Shown: piece after piece, positions 25,725 to 36,552 of the stretch | How positions within the stretch are numbered: position 1 is the first letter of the stretch | How the letters are laid out: every line of letters begins with the position of its first letter | Assembly: GCA_900617105.1 (NCBI GenBank) | Contig: UYFQ01000685.1 | Location: forward strand, 124,001 to 188,000 | Source: Hydrurus foetidus | Taxonomy: Eukaryota | Length of the DNA: 64,000 nucleotides | Reading direction: 5' to 3' | Program-made: the position numbers and the translations under genes | The notes under the pieces: model-generated | The model's database searches: none | Told to the model about the DNA's origin: nothing | The model's input: the letters and a program-made list of their open reading frames with translations, nothing else

Positions 25725-28482
25725 ATGACCGAAAGAGATACTGCTGTAACTCGTTCGAGTCAGCAGAAATCTTCACTTTCATCGCAAGCAAAGGTTCTCT
25801 CTGAAGATGCTGGATCATCCATGTCAACTCCTCGCAGGCAAACGCAAAATTTGACGTCAATTCGATGTACAGTGACAATGTATTATGATTATAATGATCA
25901 CATATCATTTACAGCAGCAATGTTGGAGATGCGACGCCTGAATTCGCCCCCCATCCGTTTTCCTTTGTGATATCTTCATCTTCTACTGCCAGCAAGAAAC
26001 GACTGAGGTAATTTGCAAATCACGGCCACCTTTTGTAAATCAACAAATGGTTTGATGGAGCACCCATGTAATTTTAAAATGACTAGGGATACTGACCTCA
26101 TATCGGGCGACACAGCAGAACCACTTCAGTTGACATCGTCTGCTTGTTATGGACAAATCTCCACAAGGTACACAACGAATCTTGAATTATCACATCATCA
26201 ACTAAATTTTTGACCAAATATCTTCTCCCGTGGAAAATGTTATGAAATTAAGTGAGAATGTAGAGGCGAGTGAAATTCTTCACCCAGATTCGGATTCAGA
26301 CTTAAACATATTTGATCTTCCGAAGAAAACTGCGAAAATTTCGAAAATAGTTGTAAGGTAAGATATCCATAGTAAAATGACAAGAGTTAGAGATACTTAA
26401 CCATACGATTCTACAACATGATTCATGTGTAGGTACTACGTCGTGTAGATATGTCATAATGATTTTCTTTTTTACTAAATGACATTTAAATCTAATTTCT
26501 TTTTTCTTAGAGATGACAGTTCGCAGAATCCCGCAGTACCTGACATAGAATCTGGACGGATTAGAAAAATTTACGATATTCCTAATTTCACAAAATTGAA
26601 ATTAGAAATATTGGTAAAGACTTTACAGACTGATAAAAAGAAGAGGAACGTTCTGACATGTACCCGCGACGCAGTTGACAAATTAGTCGCATATCCTCAT
26701 GAAGAATCAGTAATTAAAAAATGTTCAAATATGCTAGATGAAAATAATCCATTTTATATGGAAGCAGGGTACTTGTTGCACAATGTCGCGAACGAGATTC
26801 TAAATCAATTAGACGATATCAAAGTCAGTAAACTAGAAGGAACCGTGGGAATATGGGACGTAAGTGAAGTGTTCTGATTGAACTTCAAACATATATGATC
26901 ATTACATTTACAAACGCATTTATCCTCAAAATAGGTGAATCTTGCAGCAGGATTTGTGTATAGCATGAAGGGTGAAACTAATAACACGATAATACATTTA
27001 GTACCGTCATTCCGTACAAGAATTCCGTTAGTTCCAACAAGATATCCTCAGGGTAGGGGAAACAAGACAGTGTACGGACCTCCATTCTCAGTCTGTCTTG
27101 GATTTCCTGCGACATCGAACAAATTGAATACAAGAGGGAAAATTGCATACACAAACACTTTAGTGGAAAGTTTCTTTCGCGGCGATATCAAAAAAGAGGA
27201 TTCTTAGTACCTATGCCGAGTTCTTAGTACCTATGCTAAATGGAGGGTGTAAATCACCACTACTTGCCTACACAAATTCGCATAGAATTTTACTAATTCA
27301 AGAGAACCCATCATCTAAAGTAAGGACATTGTGTTTAAGTCGCATATGACTGACAGTTATAATTGTAACTTTATTTCCATTGCATCTCATATGTAGGTGT
27401 ACGTCATCGACAAATCCAATTATGGAAGAAGCGTATTGGAGGCACCACCTACGGGAAAAGAATCCAGTCACATGAGACTAAATGACACATCGATGGATAG
27501 TGCGGCCACATTCTTGGGCAAAAGATCAAAATTAAATCAACTTATTGTAGAGATGCTTAAGTCAGAGGATTTCAAAGATAATTTTAGGTGAAATCATATT
27601 TATATAAAAACATTAATTATGATGAATACTTTATCATGAAATTTATAAATGATTTACAAAATACTCTTCGTTGCAGATTTCAGGAATCGGCTCATAATTA
27701 CCATGCGGTAGCAGATATCAAGCAATTTGCGAAGAAATTAATCGATTGTTTCGTCGGTACGAAAATAGACGATCCAGTTATGCATGGTAATCCGTGGAAA
27801 TGGGAAGTGAACGAATGGGTTCAACATGATAATTATGACATTGCTGTAGATTTTCCTACCATAAGAGAATGGGAGAAGCAGATGTCCGGTGCCGAGCATA
27901 AACTCTGTCTCCGTCATATAAGAAAAAGCGACTCTGTGGAAAATGGAAAAAATAAACATGATTATGAGAATAATGGACGAATGCATAGATCAAATGATGA
28001 CGATAATCATGAGAACTATTTACCTTCAGGTAAATCCACGACGTCAATTCTACTCACAACAGTTCTACTATCCGCGACGCCAGTTTCCAGACACAACTCA
28101 CAACATTCTAATCATTGAAAAAATAAGAGAAATAAAAGAATCGTTGGACATTAAGTTAATTCAAAATGATCCACATTATAAGACAAGCAATGTTTATGAA
28201 AACAACAAAATATCATTTAGATTTCTAATTGATCAACTTTCGCTTCCGGACAAAACCTTTCATACTGTGCTTACTACATTACTATATGCGATTGTTACGA
28301 AAGATGATGACATCAAATCTCAAATAAATGACTGTAATGATGGATTACGCACTGTCCGCGATTCAAGTCCATGTCATTCTCACATTCATAACATAAAGAT
28401 AAATGACGCTGACTATGATTTATCGCAAGAATCTATACCTAAGAAAAAGTCAAATATCAGACCTCAAAGATCAACTGATTAG
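25725..28482 (+). pseudogene. Intron-containing second gene of the TIR element, function unknown, apparently disrupted
   Basis: Chain of ORF pieces (25725, 26013, 26479, 26935, 27397, 27588) separated by GT..AG AT-rich segments. A 16-bp duplication (ttcttagtacctatgc x2, ~27201-27236) coincides with a frame break. Confidence 0.5.
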
Positions 28483-28628
28483 GCATTAATGGTTGATAGT
28501 AAATCTAACAAATGCTCATCAGTATTGATTTGGCTTCATATACATACTCCGATAGATATCGCTTGTTGTAAAACAAATTCGCACAACTTTAAAATTGAAT
28601 TCTTTTATCATACTTGTTGTTGGTAGTG

Positions 28629-29501
28629 TCAACGATCATTAGCTCTGTCTCTCTCATCATCAGTGACATTTACGTGGCAATGAACAAAATAATTGCAAGC
28701 GATATCGCCATCTACACAATTGAATAACGCATGCTCAAAGTTTTTCGATACTGGAGATTTAGGATCATCCTGTGGCCATGTGCCACGTAAGAAAGCTTTA
28801 GCACTATGAAACACAAGTTCAATGGGATTATAGTCATAACTATACGGCTCAAGAAATATGGCTAAAACACCAGCTCCTTGACATAGTGTCATAATGGCAG
28901 CTTTGTTGTGAACAGGTGCGTTGTCTAATATAAGGACACTCTTCACGTCTGGAAACGGATTCATGAGAGGAATTATTTTATGCTCAAGAACGTTGAGATA
29001 CGTTTCAGAATCTATGTTGTCGTCATGCATAGATACCATCTCCACCTCTCGAGTAGAGAGCGCAGCTATTGCAGAACATGATCCTGATAGATAGAAGAAT
29101 TTGGTTATTCATATCTCATTTCGATAACATGGGAGTCTACTTATTTTACCTCTATGACCAAGTTTGTTATATTTGTATACGAAGGCGCGGATATTTCTTG
29201 GAGGTTGACTTCAGCGGTGGGTACTCCGACCCAACCTTTCCGAGATCGTCTTGCTCTTTTGGGATCTACAATAGTGTAAGCATCGTTTGAAGACATTAAA
29301 TGGCCTTCAGTATCTACAGTAATTAAATTTGCTAATCGTCTAACCAGTAGATCCACTTGTTGTGCGTAGTGCGATTAGAGCCCGAATTGTTCGCACCGAG
29401 CAACGGAATATTCTTGATGCAGAACCTATGTGATTAGCTGTGTGCCCGTGGCTATCTATGTAACTCATTACCGCATTTCTGAAATCCGCTGGATAGGTCA
29501 T
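28629..29501 (-). pseudogene. IS630/Tc1-family DDE transposase, interrupted and probably internally deleted
   Basis: N-terminus MTYPADFRNAVMSYI..ASRIFRCSVRTI resembles the IS630 HTH. C-terminus has SVLILDNAPVH..FLEPYSYDYNPIELVF (DDE_3-type). Stops and frame changes lie between. Confidence 0.85.
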
Positions 29502-30583
29502 GATCGATCTGCAATGTCGTCATTGTTGGTAGGATGATGAAAATTAGTGGATGGATTGTTGGAGTTTAACGTAAAAAAAGCTTGGTATGGGCAGAAATTA
29601 GAAATTTGTTGGCGCCACCTCAGTGATTGTGACGCTGTGGTCACGATGTGCTACTTGGTTGGCGCTACTTCGACTTGTGAGAGAAGTTCTCAGTTTTGTC
29701 GAGTTGTGGTTTGAGATCCACTTTGTGACGGCGAAGTGTTGTGCGTGGGGGCGTTGTGCAGATTAATTCTGAAACCACAATACCAGATAGCAATTTGCTG
29801 AGGTTCAAATTGGACCTCGGCAAATTGCTACCTGGTACCAAAAGACATTTGCTCCGGGGGTATCAATTTGTCGAGGTCCAATTTGAACCTCAGCAAATTG
29901 CTACCTGGTATCAAAAAATTTGATACCAGGTAGTATACGTGTTTTGATTTTCCGGAATAATTCAATTTTGGTAGACTTCCAATGAAGTAAGAAGGTTTGT
30001 TGAAGTATATACTGGATTCGAATTTTCTTGTACTCGTAGTATGGTACTACAGTATTTAATTTTTTAATTTTTTATGTCCCATATGCTGAATTGCAACGGT
30101 TTCTTGTACTGAAATGATTTAAAGGGACACCGCACATTCAATATCTTGGAAGATCCAGATGGTAGGAGAAATTTCAGATATTCAGTGAGGACCATAATAC
30201 TGAATAGAGGACCTGGTACTCTCCCAACCCTCCGAAAACTCTTTTTGGAGTTGGGATTCCTCCTTCTATGAGTCAGTATGCATCAGCTTATATCTCACCG
30301 CAGAAAATCGATGAGGGATGATATCGCTTGTCTACGTATCTATCAGTCCTGACCTTATCGAGACACAGCTACCGTGCTTCAGCAACACACTATTCTGTGA
30401 TAGAGTCAAGGTTCGCGTTAGAATTTTTTTTGTGTGCGTTGTCACTTATAACTGTGTAGTGGTGTGGGTCCAGTGTAAGAGTGAATCAGCAATAAAGCAC
30501 GACCTTTCGTTTCTCGTCGTTTATTTTGGAACTAGAACCCAGAACCAAGAACGAACTTCAACTTCAACTTGGATCTTGGATAG

Positions 30584-30642
30584 GCTCTCTGCTCTCTGCT
30601 CTCTGCTCTCTGCTCTCTGCTCTCTGCTCTCTGCTCTCTGCT
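30584..30642. repeat. (CTCTGCT)n heptamer microsatellite
   Basis: About 8 direct copies visible. Confidence 0.95.
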
Positions 30643-30682
30643 GCGAAACTTCCTCAACCTTTGGACCATTTGGACGGTGAAC

Positions 30683-31425
30683 CCAGTGCTGTCAAAAAGT
30701 CCGCAAGCTGCACGGTGTCAAAAAGTCCGCAAGGTTACTTTAGCTCCGATAACTCCATGGATAAATTTAAAAAAACGCTTCGGAAAGTTGCCTCCTTGTA
30801 ATTTGATAGTGCTTGCTGTGAATTCGAAATAAAAAAAGTCCAAAAATAATTTTATTTCACTGATGTTTCCTCACCTCAATATTCGCTTTTCCCAAATTAC
30901 CCAAACTTGTTTTTAGAGAAAAATATGGTGTTCATCAAGTTAAGAATAGTTAACTTAGTATGGAACCGCGAAGGTTTGACTTGAAACGGAAGATTTCTCG
31001 AGATACAATGACTTCAGTCGTAAATCGAGGTGTTTTTACGGAATCGGTGAAATCACACCCGAAAACCGTAAAAACACCTCGATTTACGACTGAAGTCATT
31101 GTATCTCGAGAAATCTTCCGTTTCAAGTCAAACCCTCGCGGTTCCATACTAAGTTAACTATTCTTCACTTGATGAACACCATATTTTTCTCTAAAAACAA
31201 GTTTGGGTAAATTTGGGAAAAGCGAATATTGAGGTGAGGAAACATCAGTGGAATAAAATTATTTTTGGACTTTTTTTATTTTGAATTCACGGCAAGCACT
31301 ATCAAATTACAAGGGGGCAACTTTCCAAAGCGTTTTTAGGAATTTATCCATGGAGTTATCGGAGCTAAAGTAACTTTGCGGACTTTTTGACACCGTGCAG
31401 CTTGCGGACTTTTTGACAGCACTGG
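30683..31425. mobile_element. Foldback/MITE-like long palindrome, ~360-bp arms, non-coding
   Basis: ccagtgctgtcaaaaagtccgcaag...cttgcggactttttgacagcactgg; arms match to a ~24-nt loop at ~31041-31065; subterminal tgtcaaaaagtccgcaa is doubled at each end. Confidence 0.85.
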
Positions 31426-32403
31426 TTCTTCTTCTGCTGTCGGAGTCCCGTCCCCTTTGGGGAATAACGTCTCTCGGTCTTCCCCCTGCACTCCTCCCTT
31501 AATCAACTCCTCGCTTGCAGCGCCCTAGGGAAAGCCCGACTGCTTAAATAAATGTTTTTCTTAATGTTACCTTACGGGTGGTGTCGCTTGCGCGTCTAGG
31601 TTATCCGGTCCGCCTACCCGCCCTAGACTGGTGATTGGGGTCGGGGTCACGGGGCGGACCGTGGGTCAGGATGCCCTTCACCAACTGACACGCAAGTGGT
31701 CAGATAACATCAAATAAATCAATTGAAACCATAATGGTATCTTTGTAGGAATGGCTGGCTACGGGGTGAACAAACGGGTGATAGCTTTCTTCAAAATCAG
31801 CCGGTTCAAATAATTGTGACCGGATGCTGTCACCGACAAACATTTCGATTCCCCACCATCGCATTTGAACCCTCCAATTTCAAAAGTATGCTGTGACGAA
31901 CTAAACTACGTTGAGGCTTGTAGCACCCCACGGGGCAGCGGCCCACGCTCCCTACGCCGCTTGGCGCTGACCCCGTTGTATTCCCCTCCTCTCTCCGTCC
32001 CTATGGGGTCCGGCTCCGGTCAGCGGTCCCTGCTCCTTCCACGCCAGAGAACCTGCGCTGCCGTGGCGGCATCTCCTAATTCTTCTTCTGCTGTCGGAGT
32101 CCCGTCCCCTTTGGGGAATAACGTCTCTCGGTCTTCCCCCTGCACTCCTCCCTTAATCAACTCCTCGCTTGCAGCGCCCTAGGGAAAGCCCGACTGCTTA
32201 AATAAATGTTTTTCTTAATGTTACCTTACGGGTGGTGTCGCTTGCGCGTCTAGGTTATCCGGTCCGCCCTACCCGCCCTAGACTGGTGATTGGGGTCGGG
32301 GTCACGGGGCGGACCGTGGGTCAGGATGCCCTTCACCCAATACCCTCTCGAGGGCATCGCGTCTGCCGCTGCTGGTCCTCTCCTTGCCCCCACTGCACTC
32401 CTC

Positions 32404-34266
32404 TTACTTGCGCTCTGCTGGAAGCAACTTCATCACGTCGTTGAGCTCAGGACGGCGACCGCCTCCCAGGCTGTTGGCTGCCAGGGGCCCCAATCCTGTC
32501 GCGTAGTCGTAGGTTGTGTTCATCACCTGCGAGTTGGGGGCGTAGTTCCCTCGGTCCCTGCGGTCGTCCTCCGACGTACCCAACGCCCGCATCTGGGTAA
32601 TGGCGCCCTTCCTCAAAGAATGCGAGCTGAAGTAGCTCGGGGGAAGACCGTTGAGCGCGCACGTCTTCTTCAGCTCCTCCCTCACCGTCCTCGCCCGCAG
32701 ATAAATCCTTTTCCCGCTGGGGCCGGGGCAGCTGAAGAGCTCCTCGGTCCCCCCAGATCCGCTCCTGATGACAAAAAGGATCACGTCGTCCAGGAACTCG
32801 CTCTCCTCGGGTGAGCGCCTCGCGATGAGCTTAGCCTTGTTGGTGACCTTACCCTTAGTGCTCGTGCCGTGTACCCTGCACTCCGCAATCTGCCGAGTTC
32901 CTCCGGGGAGATCGGACGCGCCTAACGACGACAGGAAGCTCGCGGGTACGGTCCTCGTGCTCCCCACCGTCTCAATCACGAACGTGAGGTCGTCCGTCCT
33001 AACGCAGTGGTCCACGTCCCCGGGCTCCGACTTGGTGTACTCCGACACGCGCGCGCCCAGCTCGAACCCCCACATGCACCCCAGGTATGCCATCCTGAGT
33101 TGCAAGTCTACTCCGTCCCACTCCTTGTCGACCCACAGCCTGCCCCGGATATCGCGAACGATGCTCTCGCAGACTGGGAGCTTGACTGAGCTTGCCGTTC
33201 CATCGTCTCTCTTGGCCCGGAGCTCCTCCGGTTTCATTGCACACGCCGCCCGTGCAGTCGCTACGACGGCCTCGTCCAGGAAGGAGGTGGAGAGTGCTGC
33301 GCTTGCGAACTTGAGTCGAATGCCCGCGGTGAAGGACGTGGCCGCCTTTCCTCTTAGTCCCGCCTGATGTTTGCGTGCCATCATGAGCCCCACCATGGTA
33401 GCCTTCCCCTGCTCATCCATTCCGTGCAGGAAGGGGTCCGACGTCCGGGTCTCCTCACACACGAACTTCGTCCACGCTGTCCAATGACCTTCGTACACTC
33501 TGCTGGTCTTGGTCGCTACGGACTGTGAAACGAAGGCGGCTAGGACAGTCCGGCTCTGGTCCGAGATGGACCCTACCGCATGGTGAGCGGGGTCCGCTCC
33601 TTCCCCGCTCAGTCCGGCCACCGGTCCCCGGCCTCCTAGCGCTGCCGCACTCGGATGTAAGGCCCCAACCACGCTGCCGCCGACGCACACCGCTGCAAAG
33701 AAGAGCAAAAGGGCAACGACGCGACGTCTTATAAGCTTTGGGCTGACAGTATAAGTAGTAGGGTATGAGTTGGGTAGGGCGTCGGATGGGTGGCAGTTGA
33801 ATGTGGGGTCCGAGCTCGCTCCGCTGGTCGCTGTTGGTTCGAGGTGGTTGGCGCTAGCTCTCCTAGCCTTTACACCGGTTGAGTGCCTGTACTCTGAGGA
33901 TGCCTTTGCTTTGCCCACGTCAGGAACCTGTCGATGGCGGTCTTCGCCTGCACCCAGAATCTGACGAAGTCCTCCTCTGAATCCAGTTTGACTCTCGGGT
34001 CGCACAGTCCCACGATGTCGACGGCGCTGTCCGCTCCAAAGAAGTCCAGTACCGCCACGTCCCCCAGCCCCATCCTCTGCGCATCCTCTGCTACCGATGT
34101 GGTAGGGTGGCTTCCTTTCCTGGAGAGGAAATCGCAGTTGGTGTTGTCCACTCCCGCTATGTGCGTGACTTCTGTCACGTTGACGTCTGCCGCAAGGCAT
34201 AGCAGGGTCCATACCATGGACGCATTGGTAACGATGGAGCCCCTCGGTCTCTCCGTGAAAGCCCAT
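32404..34266 (-). CDS. Tyrosine recombinase of the YR retrotransposon (coding part probably begins ~33692)
   Basis: Catalytic pattern GARVSEY..STKGK..SHSLRKGA..RGNY..Y; SAM-like N-domain (TSRVYEGHWTAWTKF). Confidence 0.92.
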   Translation of the reverse strand: MGFHGETEGLHRYQCVHGMDPAMPCGRRQRDRSHAHSGSGQHQLRFPLQERKPPYHIGSRGCAEDGAGGRGGTGLLWSGQRRRHRGTVRPESQTGFRGGLRQILGAGEDRHRQVPDVGKAKASSEYRHSTGVKARRASANHLEPTATSGASSDPTFNCHPSDALPNSYPTTYTVSPKLIRRRVVALLLFFAAVCVGGSVVGALHPSAAALGGRGPVAGLSGEGADPAHHAVGSISDQSRTVLAAFVSQSVATKTSRVYEGHWTAWTKFVCEETRTSDPFLHGMDEQGKATMVGLMMARKHQAGLRGKAATSFTAGIRLKFASAALSTSFLDEAVVATARAACAMKPEELRAKRDDGTASSVKLPVCESIVRDIRGRLWVDKEWDGVDLQLRMAYLGCMWGFELGARVSEYTKSEPGDVDHCVRTDDLTFVIETVGSTRTVPASFLSSLGASDLPGGTRQIAECRVHGTSTKGKVTNKAKLIARRSPEESEFLDDVILFVIRSGSGGTEELFSCPGPSGKRIYLRARTVREELKKTCALNGLPPSYFSSHSLRKGAITQMRALGTSEDDRRDRGNYAPNSQVMNTTYDYATGLGPLAANSLGGGRRPELNDVMKLLPAERK

Positions 34267-36164
34267 GTGTTCGCCGTTATGCTGTCCCCTCTTAGCGCCA
34301 GCCCCCTTCCTGAGAGTCCGAGTATAATCTGCCCCGCGACCGCGATTATCGCCCCTGTAAACTCGGCTAGATTCTGGTAGGATGAATCGTCCCCGAACTC
34401 TAAGAAGCTCAAATCTACGGCACAGACACCCAAAGCTACCTCTGTGCCTCCCTCGCGTGCGAACCAGATGAGCCCTGCACCCTTTAGGGATGCATCAAAC
34501 TCCGCGACAATGACGGGCGTGGTGGGTGCGAAGGACTCGATCGTCCGGGTGAACTCCGTTTCACGATACCTCACGAGGCATAACATCGCTCGCCAGCACT
34601 GTATCGCGATGATGGCCTCGGAGGATAGGAAGAAGAGGGCATGAGGGTCGGTGCGCCCCCAGGTGACTCGGTAGAGTGCACTGCAGAAGGGGCGCATGAC
34701 CCTACATATCTTGCCGTATCGCGTTCCCCACGACGCGAGTCGCTGTGCTTGTCGCAGGTTGATCCGCCGTGTGACATCTGTCGACATGAAGCCGTGCAGT
34801 GCTGTCAAGAAGTTTTTCCTGGCGATCAATACCCGCTCCTTGGTCAGGTCTATGGTATACCCGATGACGTCCAGCCGCGTGCTGGACTCCGACTTGTCGT
34901 CCGCCACTGCCTCTGGCCCCAGAAGGTCCGTGCAGATGCGCCGAGTGACTGCCATGTCGCTCTCGACCTGTCCTGCGAAGCAGACTCCGACGATGTCGTC
35001 GACGTACATTACCGTACGGCTCTTCAGACGGCAGCGAGCTTCCCACAATATCGCTCGGGTCACGACTTGGAACGCCGCTGGAGTACCGGCCCATCCAAAA
35101 ATGCCGGCAAGTTGAAGATAAACTAACTCGTTAGTTAGCAGCATGCCAAACAGTCCTACATCGCTAGGTCGAAAAGACAGTAGGGTGAAGGCGCCCTTGA
35201 GGTCCATCTTCCACAGGCGCAGTTCCGACCATTGTACTGTGGGGTCCGCTGCCTTCGCCTCCGTCCAAAACTCGTGTATCATGGTGGCGATCCCGTCGAT
35301 TGTGGGGTGTTGAATTTGCCCGTAGTAGGCAGTGGCGGCTGCAGCCGTCTCGTCAGTGTTGATGGGGGTACCGTCCACATTGCTCAGATCCCCAAGTGGG
35401 CGGCCCGAGGCCTTGCCCTTCTTGGTGGTCCAGTGCGCCTTGCACAAGTGCAGATTGGGCACGTGCTCCTGCGCCATGTCCAGAGGGAGGAGGAAGGCTA
35501 GTTTTTGCTCCACCACTGCACCCAGCATCTTGTTTACAGCTGATGATACAGCGCTGTAAGTGGTTCTCAATGGGGACCTCGGCTGGCACCCGTTAGGCAC
35601 GAAGCCGTCCGGCTTGTGGACTTTCATTCCGATGGCGAGGTCTAGCATCCGGTCTCGCTCTGGGTTGTCGTCCCTCAGCGTCTTCTCGACCCTCTCTCGG
35701 CTGAGTCTCCCGGGAGCGATTAGCGCCAGACGTCTCTTCACCATCTTCGTGAAGTCCAATCCGGCTGCTCTCAGGCATGCGACGTCGCTGTCGATGTACC
35801 GCTGGGGGAACTGATACCCCCCCGCCCACTCGTTAGCGGAGGCTTCGTCGTAATCATCCTGGGCCGCGTCTGATGCTTCCTGTATCACCTCCTCCAGCTC
35901 CTGTACACTCGACTCCGCGCCCTCCGGGAAGCACGCGGACACCCACTTCTCCACCATGGGAGCTACTGACCGTGCCCTATAGGGGCCGACCCCGCCGACC
36001 TCTGTCTCCGTTGCTATCCCCGCGTTGCCCCTGTTCGACCGAACAGATCTGCTCGAATAGCATGGTCTCGGCTCCAATTTGTTGGTGCCTGACGAGATAC
36101 AGTCGATGTCGGCATTAGTCACCGTACTCATCTCAGGGGCGGGGCACGACAGGGTAACGCACAC
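33870..36164 (-). CDS. Reverse transcriptase/RNase H of the YR retrotransposon
   Basis: KMDLKGAF, IFGWAGTP, MYVDD, VIGYTID; RNase H EFDASLKGAG..LAEF..GDS..HIAGVDNTNCDFLSR. Confidence 0.95.
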   Translation of the reverse strand: MCVTLSCPAPEMSTVTNADIDCISSGTNKLEPRPCYSSRSVRSNRGNAGIATETEVGGVGPYRARSVAPMVEKWVSACFPEGAESSVQELEEVIQEASDAAQDDYDEASANEWAGGYQFPQRYIDSDVACLRAAGLDFTKMVKRRLALIAPGRLSRERVEKTLRDDNPERDRMLDLAIGMKVHKPDGFVPNGCQPRSPLRTTYSAVSSAVNKMLGAVVEQKLAFLLPLDMAQEHVPNLHLCKAHWTTKKGKASGRPLGDLSNVDGTPINTDETAAAATAYYGQIQHPTIDGIATMIHEFWTEAKAADPTVQWSELRLWKMDLKGAFTLLSFRPSDVGLFGMLLTNELVYLQLAGIFGWAGTPAAFQVVTRAILWEARCRLKSRTVMYVDDIVGVCFAGQVESDMAVTRRICTDLLGPEAVADDKSESSTRLDVIGYTIDLTKERVLIARKNFLTALHGFMSTDVTRRINLRQAQRLASWGTRYGKICRVMRPFCSALYRVTWGRTDPHALFFLSSEAIIAIQCWRAMLCLVRYRETEFTRTIESFAPTTPVIVAEFDASLKGAGLIWFAREGGTEVALGVCAVDLSFLEFGDDSSYQNLAEFTGAIIAVAGQIILGLSGRGLALRGDSITANTWAFTERPRGSIVTNASMVWTLLCLAADVNVTEVTHIAGVDNTNCDFLSRKGSHPTTSVAEDAQRMGLGDVAVLDFFGADSAVDIVGLCDPRVKLDSEEDFVRFWVQAKTAIDRFLTWAKQRHPQSTGTQPV

Positions 36165-36552
36165 ATGTGCGATGACTCTCTGTCGGCGTTACAGTCACAT
36201 GGCGTACACAAATCCCTCATCACTCGGGGTGCCATGTGACTATACACGTCTAATATTAATCGTGTGTGAGGGGAACTCGCTACCCTCGAAAACCCTATAT
36301 ACGTCGCCATAATGGCAACGCTCACACACGCATGCATTATTCACGCAACGTCCGCACCAGCGCTAAGACGGCACACTCGGCAGTGCAATAAACTAGCTCA
36401 CACAGCCGTAATAAGCACTGAACAGAGAGGGTTCCCTTCGCCTGTCTCAACACACAAAGACAGAGGGAACACCTCGCTGCCGATCACCGCGATCGACCCG
36501 ATATCTGACGGCACACATCACGTAACGCACCTGTGACTGCTGGTACCACCAG

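Larger units (their letters stand above)
25366..29933. mobile_element. IS630/Tc1-mariner-type DNA transposon with long TIRs (25366-25730 / 29496-29933), TA at both ends, two convergent internal genes
   Basis: TIRs match almost perfectly over ~365 bp; the right copy has an extra ~73-bp block. TA at 25364-65 and 29934-35. Internal IS630/Tc1-like transposase. A further ~50-bp imperfect IR lies outside (25316 / 29983), so the true ends may be there. Confidence 0.85.

Noticed and set aside
30950..31157. Mirror-image 65-aa ORFs on both strands
   Set aside because: Artefact of the palindrome; no coding signature.
33640..33730. Apparent transmembrane helix (VVALLLFFAAVCV) in the YR ORF
   Set aside because: Better explained as a translated polypyrimidine tract and splice acceptor.
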